Shown piece after piece: positions 1-8,235 of a stretch of DNA of 64,000 nucleotides. Every line of letters starts with the position of its first letter. The stretch's first letter is position 1. This DNA comes from a virus. The notes under the pieces were generated by a model. The model saw only the letters and a program-made list of their open reading frames with translations. It had not been told where the DNA came from and searched no databases. The DNA is taken from the UHGV virus genome UHGV-1374526, one strand, 5' to 3'. Both the position numbers and the translations under genes were made by a program.

Positions 1-56
1 ACGGGTTCAACGGGTTCAACGGGTTCAACGGGTTCAACGGGTTCAACGGGTTCAAG
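1..56. repeat. Tandem 10-bp repeat (ACGGGTTCAA) x ~5.6 at the window start
   Basis: Direct reading: acgggttcaa repeated head-to-tail from position 1. It may continue upstream of the window. Confidence 0.9.
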
Positions 57-102
57 ATAGTTAAGGATTCATAACTATTAAGGATTCTTAAACATTCCCC
101 TG

Positions 103-303
103 TAAGTCCGGTCTAACTTTTAAGTCCAGCCTAACATTGTAAGTGCCGTCTAACTTTATAAGTCCAGCCTAACTTATTAAGTGCCGTCTAACTTTTAAGT
201 CTGGACTAACTTTTAAGTCTGGACTAACTTATTAAGTCTGGACTAACTTTTAAGTCCAGCCTAACATTGTAAGTGCCGTCTAACTTTATAAGTCCAGCCT
301 AAC
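103..303. repeat. Iteron-like array of ~11 tandem 18-19-bp units TAAGT-N5-CTAAC plus a 3-4-nt linker
   Basis: Constant flanks TAAGT and CTAAC surround a variable 5-nt core (CCGGT, CCAGC, GCCGT, CTGGA) in an ordered pattern. The units carry no spacers, so this is not CRISPR. Confidence 0.85.
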
Positions 304-310
304 AATCTTT

Positions 311-345
311 GAAGATAGATAGTCCGATATTTGACTATCTGACGG
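311..345. repeat. Left copy of a ~33-bp direct repeat (AGATAGATAGTCYRATATTTGACTATYWG); the right copy is at 581-616
   Basis: Near-identical copies flank the 346-580 segment that holds the triple 42-bp repeat. Confidence 0.8.
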
Positions 346-446
346 CAAATCCGCAAGGACGGGCCGCACGCCGATTGCACCGCTACAGGTGCGCAAGATA
401 TAGGGGCATGACAATTTGACATACAAGATATAGAGGTTTTACATTT

Positions 447-572
447 TTGTAAAAAGAGATATAATTTTATATCAATATTGCTATAATGTCTCAAAAAGAG
501 ATATAATTTTATATCAATATTGCTATAATGTCTCAAAAAGAGATATAATTTTATATCAATATTGCTATAATG
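447..572 (+). promoter_or_regulatory. Three perfect tandem 42-bp repeats, each with an extended -10 promoter (TGcTATAAT) and a 7-bp inverted repeat GATATAA-TTT-TTATATC
   Basis: TATAAT sits at 482-487, 524-529 and 566-571, each preceded by TGc. An AT-rich segment lies upstream and there is no good -35. The embedded hairpin has a 7-bp stem and 3-nt loop. Confidence 0.6.
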
Positions 573-580
573 TCTCAAAA

Positions 581-616
581 AGAGATAGATAGTCTAATAT
601 TTGACTATTAGTGAGG
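581..616. repeat. Right copy of the ~33-bp direct repeat
   Basis: Matches 311-345 at ~30 of 33 positions. Confidence 0.8.
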
Positions 617-1512
617 GAAAGATACTTATACCCGTATGGGTATGCTTCATAGGTTGCTGATACTTAATCAGTCCCAGACTGGACAATTTGAGGGCAAGAC
701 CCTGCCCCTTTTCTGCCTTCTCCAGCACCTTCAATTTCATTCCCTATCGGATTAGTAGGATTACCATTTGCCGATTTTGCATTATATGTATTATGCGAAG
801 TATGGAAGCGGATTGCTTAGAGTATCAATGAGTTACGCATATCAGGGTGTCAATGGGAAACAGACTTTGCACCCTCGGATTCCTAGGAGACCAAGGCACA
901 CCGTTTCCCTACAAGTCCCACATGCTCAAACGGTTGCAACAGATTCCGAGGATTCAATGGGTTGCATGCCGTACCGTTCCCGTGACAGGGGCAGGGGCAG
1001 TTCAGGGTAGGCAATGCACCATTCCCGTTGCAACACGGTGGCATGTCTTACCGATTCCGGTGCATGTGGGGGAGAGGCAGGCCCCTGAAACATACCGATT
1101 CCGGTGCAATCAGGGGCAAAAAGGTTCCGTGATGCACCGATTCCGTGGGCATAGGGGGAAACTGGATGCCAAGAAATACCAAGTACCACCACGGTTTCCC
1201 GGGCTCCGGGGTTGCACGCGGCCCATAGTAAATAGTTGGGTCAAATTTTTTCCGTGGGGTACGGGGGAGGGAGTACCCTTCTGGGCATGTCAAGCAAAAT
1301 CGACATGCGGCGGGTACATGGGTGGGTACATGGTCATGGCCGCTTCGCGGGGTGCGTGGGTTCCGGAGGTTCAACATGATGGTCATGACCTCTGGTCTGT
1401 TTCAGCCTCGTCTGGTCTGTGACCCATTCCCTCTATGTCAAGCAAAATCGACACGCGGCCATTCCACGGGGGACGTATCGACCTAGAAGGCGGGTATACC
1501 CTTCGGGCGGGC

Positions 1513-1575
1513 AGTTATAGCGGACCAGCGGTTGTGGCGCGTTCTAGGGTAGGACCCTCGATTAAATTCGGGCAA
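1513..1575. repeat. Copy 1 of a ~62-bp GC-rich repeat (agtt.tagcggacc...gcgcgttctagggtaggaccctcgatt.aattc)
   Basis: Near-identical to 1990-2052. A second pair (tgtcaagcaaaatcgacaYgcggc) lies at ~1289-1322 and 1437-1470. Confidence 0.8.
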
Positions 1576-1989
1576 ATTTACAAGAGTGTGACGGGGTATA
1601 GGTAGCGAGATGGTACATTAGTCATGAAACAGGAGATAGGGCACTACCATCGACCAAATTTGCGCACGGCGGGCATAATGCGACGGAGCGGCTCTCGCGG
1701 ATTTGGCGGCAAAGAAAAAGCCCGCAGGTAGCTTGACGAGACTACCCACGGGCGTAACTATGGAAAATGCCTGTAGAAAGGAGAGTGTTTAGTCCGCTCC
1801 TGTGGCGAGCAAGTTCCTTGCTTGGGATAGCCAGAAGCATTGGGCTTAGCTGGTTCGGTTGCCGTTCGGAGCGAACAGGTGCAACATACCACATCAGGGG
1901 AGAAAGTCAAGAGGAAATTGGTGTGATGGCGCGTTTACGAATTTAATCCAGTGTGGCGGGGTAGAAGGAGGGGATGGGGTCCGGGTGGA

Positions 1990-2052
1990 TAGTTGTAGCG
2001 GACCGCCCCGTGCGGCGCGTTCTAGGGTAGGACCCTCGATTGAATTCAGGGG
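1990..2052. repeat. Copy 2 of the ~62-bp GC-rich repeat
   Basis: Matches 1513-1575 with few substitutions. Confidence 0.8.
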
Positions 2053-2112
2053 ATTTGGGGATGGGGCGTACACACATGTGGGCGCGTGCGCACAAGAGGA
2101 CACACAAAGGTC

Positions 2113-2140
2113 TTGACATTGGTGTGAGGTTTGGTATAGT
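2113..2140 (+). promoter_or_regulatory. Sigma70-type promoter TTGACA-N16-TATAGT
   Basis: TTGACA at 2113-2118 and TATAGT at 2135-2140, with a 16-nt spacer. Confidence 0.55.
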
Positions 2141-2146
2141 TGCCGC

Positions 2147-2214
2147 AGTGTTCCGACTGGTGCATTGTGGTATGGCCCCGGGGTAGACTTGTTCTGCCTC
2201 CGGGGTTTTCTTTT
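2147..2214 (+). ncRNA. Putative ~70-nt small RNA: promoter at 2113-2140, intrinsic terminator at 2176-2214
   Basis: A predicted TSS ~2147 is followed ~30 nt later by a GC stem (ccccgggg / cctccgggg) and the U-run ttttctttt. No ORF lies between the signals. Confidence 0.35.
2176..2214 (+). terminator. Rho-independent terminator-like hairpin plus T-run
   Basis: An ~8-bp GC stem (2176-2183 pairs with 2198-2205) is followed by ttttctttt. Confidence 0.45.
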
Positions 2215-2381
2215 GGAGAAAGGACAAGGCCTCTCGCCCTGTCAAATTCGACACATCTCGTTCCAGCTCAATACACAATGACGCGGAAGAGAGCCGAGTT
2301 AGGACAGGAAGGACAGGAAGGACAAGAGGAAAGTACTCGCGTAAGAGGTTTACCCTCATCAGGTTAGAACGATTTTGACCG

Positions 2382-2488
2382 GAAAGGACGAAGGACAAAC
2401 TCTCTGCCCCATATATATATATATATAAACCCCTATATAATATATAATATAATATATAATATTTTTTTACTTGTCCTTTGTCCTTTTC
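2382..2488. promoter_or_regulatory. Large inverted repeat of GGACAA half-sites (gaaaggacgaaggacaaa ... ttgtcctttgtcctttt) flanking a (TA)n / AT-rich tract at 2411-2468
   Basis: Direct reading. Further GGACAA/GGACAG copies sit at 2298-2330. It is candidate origin or operator architecture. Confidence 0.6.
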
Positions 2489-2622
2489 AAAAAAAGGAAC
2501 CTCACCCATGTTGAAAATCAATGAGTTATGAAAGGACAACCACCTTGTCCTCGGAACCCCCGGAACCCACGTACTCCAAGGTCTCCAAAAGCACCTAACA
2601 TGCACAGCATAAGCGGATTATG

Positions 2623-2657
2623 AAAAGGACAAACCGCCCTCATCCTCTTGTCCTTTT
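2623..2657. promoter_or_regulatory. Operator-like inverted repeat AAAAGGACAA-N15-TTGTCCTTTT, with a related site AAAGGACAA-N5-TTGTCCT at 2531-2551
   Basis: Perfect 10-bp arms, with the same half-site as the 2382-2488 region. Confidence 0.6.
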
Positions 2658-2684
2658 CTCCAAGGCACAGAGTATCAACGGATT

Positions 2685-2708
2685 CCACGGATTCCGTGGG
2701 TTCCGTGG
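2685..2708. promoter_or_regulatory. Perfect 15-bp palindrome CCACGGATTCCGTGG followed by GTTCCGTGG
   Basis: An intergenic instance of the dispersed CCACGGAWTCC motif, sitting upstream of the first gene's promoter. Confidence 0.6.
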
Positions 2709-2825
2709 CACGGAGCACGGAAATCTCCCGGACAACCATGTCCCGGTACTTGTCCGGGGGTCCAGCCAAAACCGCAAAGCTCTCCATTCTTTCTGGGGAC
2801 CTACAAGAAGCTTGCAAATTTTTAC

Positions 2826-2854
2826 TTGACAATCCTTCGCCCCTGTCCTACTGT
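2826..2854 (+). promoter_or_regulatory. Sigma70-type promoter TTGACA-N17-TACTGT
   Basis: -35 at 2826-2831 and -10 at 2849-2854. The first ATG (2866) is ~5 nt beyond the predicted TSS. Confidence 0.5.
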
Positions 2855-2865
2855 GTGCTCGGCCC

Positions 2866-3849
2866 ATGTGGCGGCCATTATTATCACAAACCAAAACGAA
2901 CATGCAAATAAATTATACCAATGACATGCAGAAGAGAGGGGCATTCCACCTCTTCCTCCTGAACGAAGTCCTCTACAACATGGGAGAAAGTTATGCCAGC
3001 CCGAAGGTACTTGCTCCCGTCTACTTGCAGGAACTGCTCATTCATGGATTGCTTACTCCCACAAAGAAACACCCCGCGAAGCGGAGGACGTTGGGAGAGG
3101 TCTCCTATCAGCACCGGGCACTCTTTGAGCGATTGAACAGGGTGAAAGATACGGGCTACCTCAATCCAATAGCGGAGGACATTCCCTTCCATCGAGACAC
3201 CTTGTACGGTCCCATGACCTCGATGGAACAATTCGAAACCACCGACACGGTGACGAAAATAACTCCCGAACTGCCCGAATCCCTTAACGTCCTCATCTCG
3301 CTTGTGCTTCTCAACGGCGCACCTGTAACCGAGGAATACATCACACAGCGGGCGAAAGGACCGGAGGGTAATCTGGACTTCGACTTCCGCTGGTTCAGTG
3401 CCATGTTCCTCACGTCCTGCCCCTATGGCCGTGAGCCTCGCTACTGTCTCTCCCAAGTGGGCATGGACTTTGGCTGGAAGGTATATGACTATGTTCTTGA
3501 CCACTATGAGCATGTGCCTAATGCCAGCTATTGGAGAACGAAGTTGCCAGCTACGGAATTGGGGTCTCCTTTCACTCTCAACCCCAACCCGGCTCCGGGG
3601 TTCCAATATAAACACAGCTTCATTATCCTTAGTCTCCTTGGTGACTTTATGGATGTCTCGCGCATAACGAAGTCCGACCTTGTTCGCATCCTTCAGCTCC
3701 CCGGCGGTGAGCGTAGCGTAGAGAATGCGCTCTCCGAGCTGACGTCCGAAGGTTTTGCCGAGTATGATGAAGAGACGCGTACCTATGCTCTCACCCACCT
3801 CGGCGCAGTCATGTATGGCCTATACGCTACCCGCATCATGGAAATCTAA
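2866..3849 (+). CDS. Hypothetical early protein; a C-terminal DNA-binding-like region is possible
   Basis: A 327-aa ORF sits directly downstream of the promoter. The overlapping antisense ORF 2884-3798 was rejected from context. The start could also be the internal Met at 2902. Confidence 0.45.
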   Translation: MWRPLLSQTKTNMQINYTNDMQKRGAFHLFLLNEVLYNMGESYASPKVLAPVYLQELLIHGLLTPTKKHPAKRRTLGEVSYQHRALFERLNRVKDTGYLNPIAEDIPFHRDTLYGPMTSMEQFETTDTVTKITPELPESLNVLISLVLLNGAPVTEEYITQRAKGPEGNLDFDFRWFSAMFLTSCPYGREPRYCLSQVGMDFGWKVYDYVLDHYEHVPNASYWRTKLPATELGSPFTLNPNPAPGFQYKHSFIILSLLGDFMDVSRITKSDLVRILQLPGGERSVENALSELTSEGFAEYDEETRTYALTHLGAVMYGLYATRIMEI

Positions 3850-3862
3850 TCTCTTACCTCGA

Positions 3863-6733
3863 ATGACCACAGCACTACTCAACGATGAAACAGTTCAGAA
3901 ACTTGAACTGACCTTTACCGCACCCCGCATCTCCCAGTTGCAACTGGCCGAAGGTATGAAGAAGCTCCCCACCGGGGGTAGTTGCAACCGCGCCGTCGCC
4001 ATTGCCCTGCCGGAGGTCCTTCGCCTTCTCATGGACATGCCGATTGAGAATCGGGAACTGATGCAGTATTACTATCAGGTACAACTCTTTAAGGTGATGC
4101 AGGGAAAGCTGGACGAGAACTCGCTCTCCATGCCTCCCGTATATAAGACCATCCTCTCCAACTGGCGCAAGCATGGGCTGGAAGCTAAGGATATTAAGCC
4201 CGCGCTTCCTGCCCTCGTTCCTTCTGTCCAGTTCCTAAGCAAGCCCGGATTGTATGACTACGCCCTCGACAGCAAGGGTGCAAGGTACTATACCAACCGT
4301 AGCCTCGTCAGCGTGGATGGCACGTCGTGGCGGCATACGGGTATCTTCGGAATTGACGTGGACCTCAAGGAGAACAAGAAACATACCGCGGAAACCCTTC
4401 TCGCTACAGCGCAGGAGAAACTCCCCCAGCTGGATGGCTTCCTCTTCGCGTATGTCAGCCCCAATCAGGGGATTAAGGCGTTCTTCCAAATCTCCAACTC
4501 TACGCTCCAATACCTGAACCAGAACCCGCAGGTGGTGGAGGATGAGGGAAATGAAGAACTGGACGTGAAGCGATTGGCAAATGAACGCATCTATCTCCAC
4601 AAAGCAGTATATCATTCCCTCGCGCAGTACATCCACGAGGGAACCGGATTTGTTCTCGACATGGCCTGTACTGACCCTGCGCGGATGCAGTTCTTCTATC
4701 TGGACACCTTCATCCCCGGAACCCCCGGAACCCCTCGATTCCATGTCCCCGACATGGAGAAGGCGAAAGCGGACTACCTTCAATACGACAAGAACCGGGC
4801 GGTCAGTTACGAACTCCCGTCCGTGGCTCCCGGTGCGCCTCGCCCCAAGATATTCGAGGACTTCATTGCGTGGTTGAAGGTGAACGAGTATTACGATACC
4901 GCCGAAGGCCTCTCCCGCATGGACTATATTAAGGGGGACGGTTGCCTCTATGGCGAGTGCCCACAGTGCAAGGGAGGCAAGTCGGGCAATAGTCAGAACA
5001 CGGACCTTCGCTTCTACCCCAATCCCCAGTACCCCCGGCAGTCCTACTTCCACTGCTTCCATGCCAGTTGCAATGGCGCGAACCCGGAGATTACGTCGGT
5101 GCAATGGCTCTTCGACATGTACTTGACGGAGTTGGAGGGGGAAGCCGAGAAGAAGGCAGGGGTTGAGCCGTGGTGTCAGGACCCTCTCCTGATGAAGTGC
5201 TTCATGCAGGGAATTGCTCCGGTAAATACGAACACCCCTCTCCCGGAGGTCAGCGCGTTGAAGCTCTGCTCTCTCAAGTTCCCCTATGTCCGAAAGAACA
5301 AGGCGGGCAAGAGCATCCCCATCCTGACGGACGAGAACATCAAGTATCTTCTCCATCATGGCCTAAATCTCCGTGCCTTCCGTCGAATGAACACGAACGA
5401 ACTCCTGCTCTTGGACTTTAAGAACAGTAGGTGGTACGAGACGAGCAATACTATATTGAGCAAGATTTCAAGCTTCTGGCAGTTGATAGTTCCCGGTCAG
5501 GCGATTCCTATTCAACGCCTTCGCGAAGCCTTGTCGAGTATTGCACAGGCCAATTACTACCACCCGCTGGCTACGTTCGTCAGCTCCCGTCCTTGGGATG
5601 GGCAGGACCGTTTGCGTGCGTTCTTGGACTACCTCCCCATGAATCAGGATGTAGACATGCCCGAAGGCTGGACCCCGGACAAGTATCGGGACATGGTGCT
5701 TACGACATGGCTCATCACCCTGTGGAAGCGCGTGACCCGCCGTCTCTGCTTCCTCACCCATGTGGAATCCCAGACCAGCTTCCCGCAGAACTACATCCCC
5801 ATGCTCACTGGTGCACAGGGGCTGGGTAAAACGAAAGCCACGGACTGGTTGTTCCGTGGGGTCCGTAATGACGTGGCTAGCTCCATCGAAGGATTGAATA
5901 GTGCGGATAGCGTTGTCCAGATGGCCCGGCACTCTGCCATCATCTTGGACGAGATTGATGAAGAAGTCGCTAACAAGGCGAAGGAGAGTAAGTTGAAGCG
6001 AATCATTACCGGGGAATCTGAAAGTTGCCGTGTTGCTTTCTCCCAGTCTCCGGGAACCTATGAGTACTGCGCAAGTATCATTGGGAGTACGAACCAAGAA
6101 GAGGTATTGAGAGATACCACAGGTACTCGCCGTTACTATCCGGTAATCCTAGGTCCACGTACCATGTCGGAGGAAGAAATCCCTGCCGGGTTTAGTGCCA
6201 ATAGCTGGGCGGTGGAGAAGCTCTTTAAGCTGGACAACCAGCAACTCTGGGCACAGATTAAATACATGGTAGACGCCCATGAAGATGGCGAATACCGTTG
6301 GGCTAATCTGGAAAAAGTCGGTGCATTCCTCGCAGAACAGTATGCCAGTTGCCGAGGCAATGATACTGACCTGACGAAGTACCTCGTCCCCGTGGCTCTC
6401 AAGGATATGGACACGAAGGGAGAGAGGCTCTCCAAGAAGATACCGGGCGACTTTGGCACTATGCACAATATCCTCGCCTATGTCCGTAAGAACTTCGGAG
6501 ACATGGAGAAGGTGGAGAACTGGGCAGACGCTAACTTCAAACGAGACCTCATTGCGGCCTACGGTTCCGATTCCTTGGTCCGCCACAATGTCAAACGCAC
6601 CGAGGACCCGAGGCAAATGAAACGCTACTTCTTCATGCCGATTGACATTTGGATGAAGGAAGCAAGCGCAGAAACGAAGGCGCGGGTATATTCGCAATAT
6701 GAACACATTAAGGCACTTGCGGAAACCCTGTAA
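3863..6733 (+). CDS. Primase-helicase fusion (AEP/PrimPol-type primase, zinc-binding region, SF3/D5-like helicase)
   Basis: N-terminal GIFGIDVDLK (AEP DxD motif) and Cys/His cluster CPQCKGG...HCFHASC. C-terminal Walker A LTGAQGLGKTKA and Walker B AIILDEIDE. The start was moved to the in-frame ATG at 3863 to avoid overlapping the upstream gene. Confidence 0.75.
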   Translation: MTTALLNDETVQKLELTFTAPRISQLQLAEGMKKLPTGGSCNRAVAIALPEVLRLLMDMPIENRELMQYYYQVQLFKVMQGKLDENSLSMPPVYKTILSNWRKHGLEAKDIKPALPALVPSVQFLSKPGLYDYALDSKGARYYTNRSLVSVDGTSWRHTGIFGIDVDLKENKKHTAETLLATAQEKLPQLDGFLFAYVSPNQGIKAFFQISNSTLQYLNQNPQVVEDEGNEELDVKRLANERIYLHKAVYHSLAQYIHEGTGFVLDMACTDPARMQFFYLDTFIPGTPGTPRFHVPDMEKAKADYLQYDKNRAVSYELPSVAPGAPRPKIFEDFIAWLKVNEYYDTAEGLSRMDYIKGDGCLYGECPQCKGGKSGNSQNTDLRFYPNPQYPRQSYFHCFHASCNGANPEITSVQWLFDMYLTELEGEAEKKAGVEPWCQDPLLMKCFMQGIAPVNTNTPLPEVSALKLCSLKFPYVRKNKAGKSIPILTDENIKYLLHHGLNLRAFRRMNTNELLLLDFKNSRWYETSNTILSKISSFWQLIVPGQAIPIQRLREALSSIAQANYYHPLATFVSSRPWDGQDRLRAFLDYLPMNQDVDMPEGWTPDKYRDMVLTTWLITLWKRVTRRLCFLTHVESQTSFPQNYIPMLTGAQGLGKTKATDWLFRGVRNDVASSIEGLNSADSVVQMARHSAIILDEIDEEVANKAKESKLKRIITGESESCRVAFSQSPGTYEYCASIIGSTNQEEVLRDTTGTRRYYPVILGPRTMSEEEIPAGFSANSWAVEKLFKLDNQQLWAQIKYMVDAHEDGEYRWANLEKVGAFLAEQYASCRGNDTDLTKYLVPVALKDMDTKGERLSKKIPGDFGTMHNILAYVRKNFGDMEKVENWADANFKRDLIAAYGSDSLVRHNVKRTEDPRQMKRYFFMPIDIWMKEASAETKARVYSQYEHIKALAETL

Positions 6734-6752
6734 AATTTCTTCTAAAAACTTC

Positions 6753-6780
6753 TTGACAAAAATCTAATCTTTGATACATT
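6753..6780 (+). promoter_or_regulatory. Sigma70-type promoter TTGACA-N16-TACATT
   Basis: It sits in the 6734-6856 intergenic gap. Confidence 0.5.
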
Positions 6781-6856
6781 GGCCTCGTCACCGGGATTCC
6801 GGGGCGGGGCCAATCCCGTTCCGCTAATCCCCTCGAATACAACTAAGCAAACAAGC

Positions 6857-7246
6857 ATGACTACGACAACCGACGACAACATGATTACCGAGTTGAAAGC
6901 TCTTGAATCCGAGCTTCGCTCACAGGTGGAAAAAGCCGAAGCGGAATTGAAGTCCCTTCGCAATAATCACAACCGCATTGTCAAGCTAATCAATCTCCTT
7001 GATGGTCTTGGCAACTTGATGAAGAATACGCACGTTACCACGGTTGCGGATTCCCCTCGCCCCGGCTATAGCAAGAATGGCAAGAAGCTGGGCCGCCCGT
7101 CCAATGAACGTCTCGCCAACTTGAAGGCGCAGAACCAGAACCTCCGCGAACGGTATGAACTTAGCCAGAAGCGTGACCAGCTGAACAAGTGCATTGATAG
7201 CCTCGACTGGATTATCGACTTGCAGGAAGAAGAAGGTGAATACTAA
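6857..7246 (+). CDS. Hypothetical coiled-coil protein
   Basis: ORF in the rightward gene train. Its first in-frame ATG lies downstream of the promoter (the ORF-track start at 6779 is TTG). The sequence is heptad-like (ELKALESELRSQVEKAEAELKSL). Confidence 0.4.
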   Translation: MTTTTDDNMITELKALESELRSQVEKAEAELKSLRNNHNRIVKLINLLDGLGNLMKNTHVTTVADSPRPGYSKNGKKLGRPSNERLANLKAQNQNLRERYELSQKRDQLNKCIDSLDWIIDLQEEEGEY

Positions 7247-7258
7247 ATCTAACCTCTT

Positions 7259-7591
7259 ATGCCCAAAAGACTTATGACATTGGAAGATACAACATACTCT
7301 CAAAGATTTAAGGATAACTTCATGGACATGGTACGGATGCTTCCGTATGCCTTCTTCTGTCCTTTACTCTTTGTCACGTACCTTAAATCACACCTGCCCC
7401 AGTCTTCTTGGATGATGTGCTTCTTGACCGTTGTCGGCATGAGCCTGATTCAGATTCTCTTTGCCGCGGCTATGGTTTCCATTCCGAAGAAGGAGCATAT
7501 GTTCTATGGACTGGTCATTCTCGGTACTGCCTTCTTTATTGTCCCTTTCCTCTTCTGCCACTGGATGGGTATTAACATAAATAAATTATGA
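7259..7591 (+). CDS. Small membrane protein (multiple hydrophobic helices)
   Basis: Hydrophobic segments FFCPLLFVTYL, MMCFLTVVGMSLIQILFAAAMV and LVILGTAFFIVPFLF. Confidence 0.4.
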   Translation: MPKRLMTLEDTTYSQRFKDNFMDMVRMLPYAFFCPLLFVTYLKSHLPQSSWMMCFLTVVGMSLIQILFAAAMVSIPKKEHMFYGLVILGTAFFIVPFLFCHWMGININKL

Positions 7592-7848
7592 AAGACCTAG
7601 CAGAATTATCCCCCTACATGGGCATCTATTACCTCTCCCTATTTATGGGCCTTCTGGTCAATGGTATGCCCCTACTGGCCTCCCTCATCTTCTCGCTCAT
7701 TCTCGTCCTCATCGTTCTGTGGGTGTGGTCCTTCATCTACATCACCCTCACGCATCTGTTGAAACGGAGTAACCGGGACATGAACGTCAATATCTTTGGC
7801 CTCTCCGCGACATTGGTCACTCTCTTCTTCATAATTATATCACACTAA
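7588..7848 (+). CDS. Small membrane protein
   Basis: Its start overlaps the previous stop (ATGA). It has two long hydrophobic helices. Confidence 0.4.
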   Translation: MKDLAELSPYMGIYYLSLFMGLLVNGMPLLASLIFSLILVLIVLWVWSFIYITLTHLLKRSNRDMNVNIFGLSATLVTLFFIIISH

Positions 7849-7851
7849 ACT

Positions 7852-8235
7852 ATGTACAACGAAATTGCAATCGCCGCCCAAACTGTTGATTCCCACTTCT
7901 CCTATATGGGATTAGAGGAATCAGCCGCTGACCTCCTGCGCCATCTTCTGTGGGAGATTGAAGAATACCGGGAAGCTGACGCGGAGGACCGCGTAAAGGA
8001 GGCAACCGACATCGCCATTCTCGCATTGCGCCTAGTAGCCGCTACGGGGCGCGATGAAGGTTTCTCCTTTGAGGATGGGATATTCCTCGCAAACGAAAAA
8101 TGCCGGGAAGTCGTGAACCGCATGAACCGTGCCGTGAAGATGTACAAGAAGGACAGAACCGCCGGAATTCCTATGAGCACCCCACAAGAATACTACGCGC
8201 AAGCGAAGGAACAACTAAATACACCCAAACACTAA
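7852..8235 (+). CDS. MazG-like nucleotide pyrophosphohydrolase
   Basis: An EExxE...E..D-type acidic helix pair (LLWEIEEYREADAEDRVKEATDIAILALRL) typical of the MazG/HisE fold. It is a common auxiliary gene in phage replication modules. Confidence 0.45.
   Translation: MYNEIAIAAQTVDSHFSYMGLEESAADLLRHLLWEIEEYREADAEDRVKEATDIAILALRLVAATGRDEGFSFEDGIFLANEKCREVVNRMNRAVKMYKKDRTAGIPMSTPQEYYAQAKEQLNTPKH

Noticed and set aside
103-303. Possible CRISPR array
   Set aside because: Units are only 18-19 bp, directly abutting, with a patterned variable 5-nt core and no spacers. There are no cas genes. This fits iterons or binding-site arrays, not CRISPR.
261-2605. ORF-track entries in the left 2.6 kb (for example 261-578 minus, 847-1422 plus, 1943-2605 minus)
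   Set aside because: They run through tandem repeats or have aberrant W/C/R/G-rich composition. They overlap each other on both strands and lack promoter or start context. They were treated as non-coding.
2884-5359. Long antisense ORFs opposite the first gene and the primase-helicase (2884-3798 minus, 4235-5359 minus, 5468-6097 minus)
   Set aside because: They lie within a continuous, motif-supported plus-strand gene train. Their products are Arg/Leu/Val-rich, typical of antisense readings of GC-balanced coding DNA.
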